Source: Acidobacteriota bacterium
Lineage (GTDB): Bacteria; Acidobacteriota; UBA890; WLXD01
NCBI GenBank assembly: GCA_963666055.2
Contig: CAXWPH010000007.1
Location: forward strand, 256,001 to 320,000
Length of the DNA: 64,000 nucleotides
Direction of reading: 5' to 3'
Position numbers and translations under genes: made by a program. Within the stretch, counting starts at the first letter, position 1; every line of letters begins with the position of its first letter. The notes beneath the pieces were generated by a model, which searched no databases, was not told the DNA's origin, and was given only the letters and a program-made list of their open reading frames with translations. Positions 56,383 to 64,000 of the stretch are shown here, piece after piece.

Positions 56383-58752
56383 CTATCGAGCTTCGGCTGC
56401 AAAGGCGCGGCTTAGCAACGACCAGTCGGCTACCCCCAGTGGAGCACCGCCCGACTCGATGCGAAGCACCAACCCCTCACCCGCGATGATAACGCCCTCA
56501 CCCAGCGCCAAGGCGGGCTTCAGACCGGGGAACTGCCGATGTAACTCGAACCAATCGCGGCTGTACGACGCTACGCTGATCGCCGGCAACCCGGAGGCGG
56601 CGCGCACGTCGCGCAATCCATCGGCGGTTTCGACGAACAGCCGCCTTCCGACGCGCCGCCAGCTCGATGCCTTGCTCAGCCGACCGCCCAGCGCCGGTGC
56701 GGCCGCCAGGATTTCATCGGCCTCGCTCACCGATGCCGCAGCGCGCAGTCGGCTGCTGACCAGCGCCTGGCGCAGCGCCGTCTCGCCGGTCTGCTCGGCC
56801 GGCGGCAGAGCGAAACGCCGGGCGCGACGCTGCGCTTCCTCGCGATCATCGGCCAAATGAGGCTCTTGCACCAGATAGGAGGTGTACTCGGTGAGCACGC
56901 CATATCGCAGACCCAGCGTCCGGATCTCCTCGATCAGCTCACGATCCGGGCCGTGCAGACGCAACTGCGCGGTCAGCGCGCCGACCTTCCGCGACGCCCA
57001 GATCCGCGCCACGTACTCGTTGTCGCGCTGCCGGTGTGGAAAGTCGACCTCGAACGTGAACCGCTCGCGCCTGCCAGCACGCTCGCCCTCGAGCACCAAG
57101 CTACCGACACCACCACCGCGGTAGCGGCCGGTAACCACGAGCTCCTGGCCATGGAACAAGTCGGGCAGCGGGCCCGGGTGAAGGTCCTCGATGGTGGCCG
57201 GCGCCGAGACAATACGCAGATCCGACAATACCGGAGCACCGATTCGGCGGCCGAGCGCGGCAACCGCGCGCTCGACGCTCTCGCCCGCACGCACGTAATC
57301 GACGGTGCCTCGGCCCGCTTCCACCAGACGATCAAGCAGGTAGGTGTTCACATCGTCGCCCACACCGAAGGCAAAGACTCTCTCGCCGTCTCGTAGCTGC
57401 TCCGCCGCGGCGCTGATCCGCACCGGGTCGGTCTCACCCACTGTCGGCAGGCCGTCGGTAAGAAACAGCACCATCGTCAACCGACCCTCGACCACCTGTG
57501 GCTGCAGCGCCGCGCGCAGCGCACCGTCGATGTTGGTGCTGCCATCCGCCGGCACGCGGTGCAGGTACTCGATGGCAAGCGCGACGTTCTCGGGACTGGC
57601 CGGCAGGTAAGCGGGCTCGTACGAGCGCACCGCGCTAGAGAAGGTGATCAAGCGGAAGCGGTCGTGTAGGCGCAGGCCGCGTAGCACCTGCTCGAGAGCC
57701 GAGCGCGCCTGTTCGATCTTGTGGCCCGCCATCGATCCCGACACGTCGAGCACGAGCGAGACATCGCGAGCGATGGTCGCCGTGGTCTCCGCCGCCGGCG
57801 GGTTGAGCAGCAGCAGGAAATATCCATCCTCGTTGCCGGGATCCGGAGCATGCGCCAGCAGGCTGGCGCCGATGGTGGAACCGAGCCGCGGCAAGAGCAG
57901 CTCGAAGGCGGCACCGCCCGTGCGACGCTCGTTTTCGAGCAGGCGCACCTCGACCAGGTTATCGTCACGACGAACGACGTCGATCGCATCGGTGGGCGAA
58001 TACGGGGTGCCCAGCATCGAGGCGTTCTCTATGCGTACGTGCACCACCGATGCCAGCGCCGGGGCGGTCGGCATTATCGGGCGTCGGATATCCGTCCGAG
58101 GCTCCGGAAATCTCTCGGGGCCCTCGCCGCGCAGATCCATCACGCTGGCCGTACGCGGGAACCGCATGCGCAGCGCGTCGCCGAGCAGCGGCAGCACCTG
58201 CGTATAGCGCAGGATGATGCGGCGCGTACCGCCCGGCTCGATCGGAAACACGCGGGCGCGGATAAGGTCGTGGCCGGCAAGCTCGACCAGCGCCGGATCG
58301 CGCCGCTTGCGCACGATCTCCTCGTAGATTGCCCTCGCCTGATCGGCCCGCAGCATCTCGCCCCGCATCTCGTTCTCGCCAGCGAACAGGGACAGGTTGT
58401 GAAACACCGCACCGCGCGGAATCGCGTACAGGTAGTCGCCCTCGAGAACGCGGCCGGCGTTGTTGCGGAACTCCTCGAGCACCTCGAAATCGGCGAGACG
58501 AGTGCGCGCGTCGATTCGGATGGTGACCTCGCTGCGCACACGCTCGACCATCGCATCGACTAGCGGGCGGATCGGCGTGGCCACTCGAGCGGCGAACAGC
58601 CTCGAAACGCCATCGCCGGACGCGCTGGACTGGATCGTCGCTGGCGAGACGGCGGCGGCACCGAGAAGCGCCGGAAACACCACGAGCGCCGGGAGCCAGG
58701 CGCGGCGCGTTGGCCGTTTCGGGCGCCGCGACGAGCGATGTCTGGAAGTCAT
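56383..58752 (-). CDS. Exported VIT + von Willebrand factor A domain protein
   Basis: VIT segment (ARAIYEEIVRKRRDPALVE), MIDAS DVSGSM...GSTNI...TDGLPT, YGVLTEYTSYLV. AGGAG before ATG 58752. Confidence 0.9.
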   Translation of the reverse strand: MTSRHRSSRRPKRPTRRAWLPALVVFPALLGAAAVSPATIQSSASGDGVSRLFAARVATPIRPLVDAMVERVRSEVTIRIDARTRLADFEVLEEFRNNAGRVLEGDYLYAIPRGAVFHNLSLFAGENEMRGEMLRADQARAIYEEIVRKRRDPALVELAGHDLIRARVFPIEPGGTRRIILRYTQVLPLLGDALRMRFPRTASVMDLRGEGPERFPEPRTDIRRPIMPTAPALASVVHVRIENASMLGTPYSPTDAIDVVRRDDNLVEVRLLENERRTGGAAFELLLPRLGSTIGASLLAHAPDPGNEDGYFLLLLNPPAAETTATIARDVSLVLDVSGSMAGHKIEQARSALEQVLRGLRLHDRFRLITFSSAVRSYEPAYLPASPENVALAIEYLHRVPADGSTNIDGALRAALQPQVVEGRLTMVLFLTDGLPTVGETDPVRISAAAEQLRDGERVFAFGVGDDVNTYLLDRLVEAGRGTVDYVRAGESVERAVAALGRRIGAPVLSDLRIVSAPATIEDLHPGPLPDLFHGQELVVTGRYRGGGVGSLVLEGERAGRRERFTFEVDFPHRQRDNEYVARIWASRKVGALTAQLRLHGPDRELIEEIRTLGLRYGVLTEYTSYLVQEPHLADDREEAQRRARRFALPPAEQTGETALRQALVSSRLRAAASVSEADEILAAAPALGGRLSKASSWRRVGRRLFVETADGLRDVRAASGLPAISVASYSRDWFELHRQFPGLKPALALGEGVIIAGEGLVLRIESGGAPLGVADWSLLSRAFAAEAR

Positions 58753-58895
58753 GGTGTGTCTCCTGTTGTGTGGGTGGGGGGTCAAAATTTCCTGAACCAA
58801 CCCTGAGACGCACGAGCGCACCAAACTTGCACACCGCGGGAGAAGGAACCCGGCCCTAGGCAGACTGCGGCCACTGGACCGGATACCCTGAGGGC

Positions 58896-59438
58896 GTGAA
58901 TGAAACGACGACGTTGGGTGGCGGCTGTTTCTGGTGCCTGGAGGCCGTGTACAACGAGCTTTCGGGCGTCGAGGCGGTGACGTCGGGCTACGCCGGCGGC
59001 CATGCTGCGGACCCGACCTACGAGGAGGTCTGCACCGGCTCCACGAACCACGCCGAGGTCATCCGCGTCGAGTTCGACCCCGAGATCATCTCCTACGGCG
59101 AAATTCTCGAGGTCTTCTTCGGCGTCCACGATCCGACGACCCTCAACCAGCAGGGGGCCGATGTCGGCACCCAGTACCGGTCGGTGATCTATTACGAGAC
59201 CCCGGAGCAAGGGGAGCTGGCGACAGAGATCATCGCTCGACTCCAAGCCGAGAGCGTGTTCCCGCAGCCAATCGTTACCGAGGTGGCACCCCTCGACACG
59301 TTTTACGCCGCCGAGACCTACCACCTCGACTACTACGCGCGGAACACCGGCATGCGCTACTGCCAGGTGGTGATCGGGCCAAAGCTCGCCAAGCTGCGCA
59401 AGCAGTTTGCCGCGAGGCTGAAAGAAACTGCCCATTGA
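58896..59438 (+). CDS. msrA: Peptide-methionine (S)-S-oxide reductase
   Basis: GGGCFWCLE, PTYEEVC, HDPTTLN.QG.DVGTQYRS. Confidence 0.97.
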   Translation: MNETTTLGGGCFWCLEAVYNELSGVEAVTSGYAGGHAADPTYEEVCTGSTNHAEVIRVEFDPEIISYGEILEVFFGVHDPTTLNQQGADVGTQYRSVIYYETPEQGELATEIIARLQAESVFPQPIVTEVAPLDTFYAAETYHLDYYARNTGMRYCQVVIGPKLAKLRKQFAARLKETAH

Positions 59439-59995
59439 ACCAGGTTCAACAAGCGCTCAACGCGCGCACCACGGTTCACAAGTACAGGCCGGGGCCGGTT
59501 CCCGAGGGCTGCATCGAGCGCGCACTCGAAGCTGCGCTCGCCGCGCCTAACCATCGCATGACCGAGCCATGGCGGTTCGTGAGCGCCGGAGCACAGACAC
59601 GCGAGCAGCTGAGTGAGATCGCGCTGCAGCTCAAGGTCGCCAAGCTAGGCGATAGCAAGCAGTTGCGCCGGGTGATCCGCGCCAAGTTCCTTGATCCCGC
59701 GCATCTGATGGTGGTGTCGCAGGTGCTCGAGCAGGACCCGGTGATGGCGCGCGAGGACTACGCTGCCATCGCCTGTGCCATCCAGAACTTCATGCTGTCG
59801 CTGCACTCCGAGGGCGTGGGGTCGAAGTGGAGCACCAGCAAGGTGATCCAACAATCCGATACCTATCGCATCCTGGAGATCGATCCGGAGACCGCGGAGA
59901 TCGTCGCGTTCATTTGGGTCGGCGTACCGGCTCAGGTACCCACCAAGCGTGCCCGGAGCCGCGATCTCGCCGGGCTGTGGCGCCAGCTGCCCTAG
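59435..59995 (+). CDS. Nitroreductase family protein
   Basis: TTG overlapping the msrA stop, RTTVHKY, AAPNHRMTEPWRF, CAIQNFMLSL...WST. Confidence 0.9.
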   Translation: MNQVQQALNARTTVHKYRPGPVPEGCIERALEAALAAPNHRMTEPWRFVSAGAQTREQLSEIALQLKVAKLGDSKQLRRVIRAKFLDPAHLMVVSQVLEQDPVMAREDYAAIACAIQNFMLSLHSEGVGSKWSTSKVIQQSDTYRILEIDPETAEIVAFIWVGVPAQVPTKRARSRDLAGLWRQLP

Positions 59996-60020
59996 CAGGC
60001 CGCGGTGGAAGTATGGTGCC
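59992..60020 (+). repeat. CTAG repeat end at the nitroreductase stop
   Basis: CTAGCAGGCCGCGGTGGAAGTATGGTG. Confidence 0.8.
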
Positions 60021-60049
60021 CGGGAGCCGGCTCGCTGAGCAGCCGGACC

Positions 60050-60235
60050 AGAAGAACTGGTCGATCAGCACGGGGTTGCCGTCGGGATCCAACGGTCTGA
60101 TGTGGCCCGCCCCCTCACCATGAACTCCTCGAGCTGCTCGGCAGTGTTGTCGAGCCCCGCGTTAAACGTCAGAATGTTTCTCTCGAACATTCCCCCTGGA
60201 ACAGCCCGATCAGACAGGTCCCATTCTTGACGTGT
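60050..60235 (-). pseudogene. Degraded VOC/glyoxalase gene remnant
   Basis: Pieces in different frames: KNGTCLIGLFQG / MFERNILTFN.G...LEEF / GEGAGHI..LDPDGNPVLIDQF. The N-terminus and an internal part are missing. Confidence 0.75.
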
Positions 60236-60319
60236 GGTGTTCGGGGCGAACGTAATGGTCGACTTGCCGTGCGGAACATCAGACCCCATCGATCGAAGAC
60301 ACCGAACGGCCAGCTGCCG

Positions 60320-61501
60320 ATGGCGCGGCCGGTCCGCGCTGTCGCGTGCATCGTAGGGCTCGCCGCGTCGACGAGCTGGGCCGCGGCAACCGTGGGCGCG
60401 GCGGGCGTGGCCACACCGCCACCACAACCGGATGTCGCGGCCATCGCCGAGCGGATTCTCGCGCGCACGGACCTGCAACAGGGCGAGCGCGTGCTGCTGG
60501 TCGCCCGACCGGGCCGTTTCGATGAGTTGGTTCCCCGCCTGCGCAACGGCATCCGTGCGGCCGGGGGCACCGATCTCGGCGCAATCCTGGCCTCAGGGCG
60601 AGCAGCGGTCGGGGACGCCACCGAGTTCACACGCAGCCTCGTGCGCCTGCCGCGGGCGCGGCTGGTCGAGAGACTCCTGGACGTCGATCTGGCGATAATG
60701 CTACCCGACACCACCCCGGCCGACCTCGTCTATGCCGCCATGCAGGATGTGCTGTGGCAGGGGCGCGGACGCACGATCCACTTCCACTGGTCGGGCGCCT
60801 ACGAGCTATCCGGCAATCTGCGCGAGGTCGATGCCGAAGTCGACGCTCTCTATGCGCGGGTGCTGCGCGACACCGATTACGCGGCACTCTCTGCTGCGCA
60901 GCGCGGCTTCGAAGCGGCAATACGCAACGCCGAGATCCGGGTCACTACCCCGGCAGGCACCAATCTGCGGTTCCGCATCGGCGATCGGCCAGTAACGCGC
61001 CAGGACGGCGACGCCTCCGCCGCCCGCGCCGCGCAGGCGCGCAACCTCATCGACCGCGAGATCGAGCTCCCGGCTGGCGCAATCCGCGTCGCGCCGCTCG
61101 AGGAGACCGTGCAGGGGACCGTCGCCTTCCCGCCATCGATGTGGAACAGCGCCATTGTCGAGGGCCTGGTGCTGACCTTTCGCGACGGTGTGGTGGTGTC
61201 GGCCGCTGCAGACAGGGGGCTCGAGGCCGCTGAGGCGGTGCTGCAACGAGGCGGTATTTCGGCACGATCGTTCCGCGAGTTCGCGCTTGGCTTCAACCCG
61301 CTGCTGGCCATCCCCGAAGGCGCCCCCTGGATCCCCGACTACGGGTATGGCGCCGGAGTGGTGCGCCTGTCGCTGGGCGACAACTCGGAGCTCGGGGGCA
61401 ACGTCGGCGGTGGGTTCGTGCGCTGGAACTTCTTCGTCGACGCCACGATCACCGTCGACGGCGACATCTGGGTACGGAATGGACGGCTAGTGCCACGGTA
61501 G
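60320..61501 (+). CDS. Secreted M29 (thermophilic aminopeptidase)-like protein with degenerate metal site
   Basis: LQQGERVLL, IRVTTPAGTNLRFRI, LPAG, FREFALGFNP, LSLGDN..LGG, ATITVDG...GRL. Confidence 0.72.
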   Translation: MARPVRAVACIVGLAASTSWAAATVGAAGVATPPPQPDVAAIAERILARTDLQQGERVLLVARPGRFDELVPRLRNGIRAAGGTDLGAILASGRAAVGDATEFTRSLVRLPRARLVERLLDVDLAIMLPDTTPADLVYAAMQDVLWQGRGRTIHFHWSGAYELSGNLREVDAEVDALYARVLRDTDYAALSAAQRGFEAAIRNAEIRVTTPAGTNLRFRIGDRPVTRQDGDASAARAAQARNLIDREIELPAGAIRVAPLEETVQGTVAFPPSMWNSAIVEGLVLTFRDGVVVSAAADRGLEAAEAVLQRGGISARSFREFALGFNPLLAIPEGAPWIPDYGYGAGVVRLSLGDNSELGGNVGGGFVRWNFFVDATITVDGDIWVRNGRLVPR

Positions 61502-61570
61502 GAGGCGGGCCACCCGCTTCGCCGCGACGGCGGATTACGCTACTCGACTCATCGCCAGTGGGAGAAGCCC

Positions 61571-61765
61571 TTGGCTCAAGCCCATCGCGTCGCCATCATC
61601 GCCGGAGACGGAGTAGGTCCGGAGGTCGTTCACGAGGGGCTCCGCGTGCTGCGCGCCACCGCCGACCGCTTCGGCCTCGAGATCGGCATTACCTCGCTCA
61701 GAGGCGGCGCCACACCCACCGACGAGCTCGGCGGCCTGGTCGTCGAGCAGCTGCGCGCCGGGTAA
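61571..61765 (+). pseudogene. Isocitrate/isopropylmalate/tartrate dehydrogenase gene collapsed by an in-frame internal deletion
   Basis: Family N-terminus RVAIIAGDGVGPEVV.EGLRVL is fused directly to a family-like C-terminus GGATPTDELG..V...L, giving 64 aa. Confidence 0.8.
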
Positions 61766-61771
61766 CCGATC

Positions 61772-62470
61772 ATGCGGGTACTGCTGCTGCAGAACTGCGA
61801 GCTCGAGACCTTCGGACGCTATGCGGAGTATCTCGACACCAACAACATCGAGCACCAGCTCGTACACGCGTATTCCGGCGCGCTGATTCCGGCCGACGAG
61901 CCGTGGGACGCGATCCTCGTAGGGGGCACGCCGATCAGCGCCTACGAGGCCGATGAGCACGAGTTCCTGCGCGCCGAGCTGAGCTTCTTGCGCGAGGCGA
62001 TCGACCAGGACGTCGCCTGCCTCGGCGTCTGCTGCGGCGGTCAGATCCTGGCGAGCCTGCTCGGCGGAGCTGCCCGCCCCCAGGGATACCGAGAGCTCGG
62101 CGTCTACGAGGTGGAGATCGACGAAGGCGCCACCGCCGACCCCCTGCTCGTCGGGTTTCCGTCGCGGTTCCCGGTGTTCCACTGGCACGGCGACACCTTC
62201 GACCCGCCCCCGGATGGCCACGTGCTCGTACGCGGCCTCGACGACGGCCAGCAATCGTTCCGCAGCGGCCGCCAGGCGGGTGTGCAGTTCCACCTCGAAA
62301 CCTCGGCAGCGGAAGCAGCGCGCTGGGCCGTGGCGTACGACGATGAGCTACACGAGTTCGGAGGCAACGCCAATGCCATCGTGCGACGGTGCGAGGCAAC
62401 CGAAGCGGTCCGCTTCCACCTCGCCGATCAACTGATGGCGAACTTCCTACGAATCGCCGCCCGCAGCTGA
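61772..62470 (+). CDS. Type 1 glutamine amidotransferase (GMP-synthase-like)
   Basis: LGVCCGGQ, FHWHGDTF, GVQFHLE triad motifs. Confidence 0.92.
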   Translation: MRVLLLQNCELETFGRYAEYLDTNNIEHQLVHAYSGALIPADEPWDAILVGGTPISAYEADEHEFLRAELSFLREAIDQDVACLGVCCGGQILASLLGGAARPQGYRELGVYEVEIDEGATADPLLVGFPSRFPVFHWHGDTFDPPPDGHVLVRGLDDGQQSFRSGRQAGVQFHLETSAAEAARWAVAYDDELHEFGGNANAIVRRCEATEAVRFHLADQLMANFLRIAARS

Positions 62471-62540
62471 GCTGAGGGCAGCACCCCATACGATCGGAGA
62501 GCGTGATCGCTAGCGCTTACGACTCGAGCGCGGGCGCCTA

Positions 62541-62575
62541 TATAATCGGCCACCGATATATCGGTCGACGATCTA
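62541..62575 (+). promoter_or_regulatory. -10 box and overlapping palindromic operator of padR
   Basis: TATAAT at 62541-62546, perfect palindrome ACCGATATATCGGT at 62552-62565, and overlapping ATCG-N5-CGAT boxes. Confidence 0.7.
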
Positions 62576-62589
62576 TTGGGAAGACCATC

Positions 62590-62934
62590 GTGGGATCCTC
62601 CGACGCACGCGCCCCACTCACACCGGCGACGCTGCATATCTTGCTGTCGTTGGCACAGGCTGACCGCCACGGCTACGCCGTGCGCCAGGACGTCGAGGCT
62701 CGTACTTCCGGCGACCTGAGGCTCGGCCCCGGAACGCTGTACGAGGCTCTTCATCGGATGCTCGGGGCAGGCTGGGTCGACGTCGTGGCCGAACCCGTCG
62801 AGCGACGGCGGAAAGTCTACCGGCTCACGCCCGCCGGGCAGGCGGAACTGGCCACAGAGCTCGAGCGCCTCGACGCAATCGTGCAATTCGCTCGCGCCAG
62901 CAAGCTCCTCCCCGATCCAGGATCACACGCTTGA
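62590..62934 (+). CDS. PadR family transcriptional regulator
   Basis: HILLSLA..RHGYAV, LGPGTLYEALHRM, RRKVYRLTPAG. Confidence 0.93.
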   Translation: MGSSDARAPLTPATLHILLSLAQADRHGYAVRQDVEARTSGDLRLGPGTLYEALHRMLGAGWVDVVAEPVERRRKVYRLTPAGQAELATELERLDAIVQFARASKLLPDPGSHA

Positions 62935-64000
62935 GCGACTGGTACCTGACCGCTCTTCTGCGCCTGTTTCCCCGCAAGTTCCGTCGACAACACGGCGAGG
63001 AAATCCGGCACGACGTGGCAGCCGAGCGCGGCCAGCGCCCGACGCGGCTCGCCCGCGCCGCGCTGTGGTTCGAGATCACCATCGACCTCCTGCGATCGGC
63101 GCGACGGGTTCGCGCCCCTTACCGACACCAACTCCTGACGCATCCCCGCACCGCCACCAGCGGTGGAGTCGAGACCATGGCCTCCGTTCTGCAGGACCTG
63201 CGCCACGCCGTCCGAGCGCTCTTGCGCACCCCGGTCACCTCGCTGGTCATCGTGCTCACGCTGGCCCTCGGCATCGGCATGAACACGTCGATCTTCAGCG
63301 TCGTCAACGCCGTGTTGCTGCGACCGTTCGAGTACCGTGAGCCCGACCGGCTGGTGCATATCGGGGCCAACTACGCGTCCGACGGAGTCTTCGACAGCAA
63401 CCACGCCGGAGGCATCTACCGCCGCATCCAGGCGAGCAGCGACACGCTCGTCGAGGTGGCGGCGGTGCGCAACATCCAGCAGAACCTGTCGGGAGTGCCG
63501 ACGCCGTTGCAGGCGCAGGTGGGCTGGGTGTCCGACAACATCTTCTCGATGCTCGGCGTGAGTGCGATCCGCGGCCGGCTGTTCTCAGCGAACGACCCAC
63601 CCGGCCTCGCCGTCCTGAGCCACCGGCTCTGGCAGACGACGTTCACGGCCGACCCGGAAGCCATCGGCCAGGTCGTCGCTCTCGACGGGGTTCCCTACAC
63701 GATCATCGGTGTGCTGCCGGCCGAGTTCCGCCTGCGGGTCTGGAGCTCGCCGCGCCGAATCGATATCTGGAAGCTCCCCGACAACGTCTGGGCCAACGGC
63801 GACGTGTGGGACGCCACTGGGCTGAGCTTCAGCCTGCTGAAGGTGTTCGGCAGGCTGCATGACGACGCCACCATCGAGCAGGCACGCGACGAGATGGGCG
63901 CCATCGCCGACCAGGTGCGCGAGGAGTATTCGGAATACCGAGAGGCCGGCTTCGACATGTCGGTGGTGCCGCTGCTCGAGACCGTCGTCGGCAACGTTCG
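62931..64000 (+). CDS. ADOP/MacB-FtsX type ABC permease (runs off the right edge)
   Basis: TTG overlapping the padR stop, LLRLFPRKFRRQHGEEI, LQDLRHAVRALLRTP, LTLALGIGMNTSIFSVVNAVLLRP..EPDRLV. Not in the ORF track because it is open at the edge. Confidence 0.92.
   Translation, partial: MSDWYLTALLRLFPRKFRRQHGEEIRHDVAAERGQRPTRLARAALWFEITIDLLRSARRVRAPYRHQLLTHPRTATSGGVETMASVLQDLRHAVRALLRTPVTSLVIVLTLALGIGMNTSIFSVVNAVLLRPFEYREPDRLVHIGANYASDGVFDSNHAGGIYRRIQASSDTLVEVAAVRNIQQNLSGVPTPLQAQVGWVSDNIFSMLGVSAIRGRLFSANDPPGLAVLSHRLWQTTFTADPEAIGQVVALDGVPYTIIGVLPAEFRLRVWSSPRRIDIWKLPDNVWANGDVWDATGLSFSLLKVFGRLHDDATIEQARDEMGAIADQVREEYSEYREAGFDMSVVPLLETVVGNV

Overview
High-GC bacterial chromosomal window, most likely Acidobacteriota. 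This is inferred from the PadR + ADOP-type permease pair, the GWxTD protein, the Oar-like TonB-dependent receptor and several CRTAC1/ASPIC-UnbV and TPR proteins. It holds about 50 intact genes: a minus-strand peptide/proline-type catabolic operon (3.7-12.4 kb), an envelope cluster with a GntR regulator (12.5-32.6 kb), a patchwork of enzymes, modABC, an ECF sigma/anti-sigma/VIT-vWA operon, msrA and PadR-permease. I saw no rRNA, tRNA, CRISPR array or transposase. The main unexplained signal is a non-coding repeat family ending in CTAG (CTAGCAGGCCGTGGTGAAAGTGTGG...), with eight copies plus a second end type. It includes one complete ~275 bp multi-hairpin element inserted in frame behind the signal peptide of an M28 peptidase. 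Other copies share TAG stop codons with genes, encode a protein C-terminus or supply a Shine-Dalgarno site. Several copies sit next to collapsed gene remnants. A shared AT-rich motif suggests a local GntR regulon. All protein family calls come from motif recognition by eye, not database searches, and many starts are my estimates.
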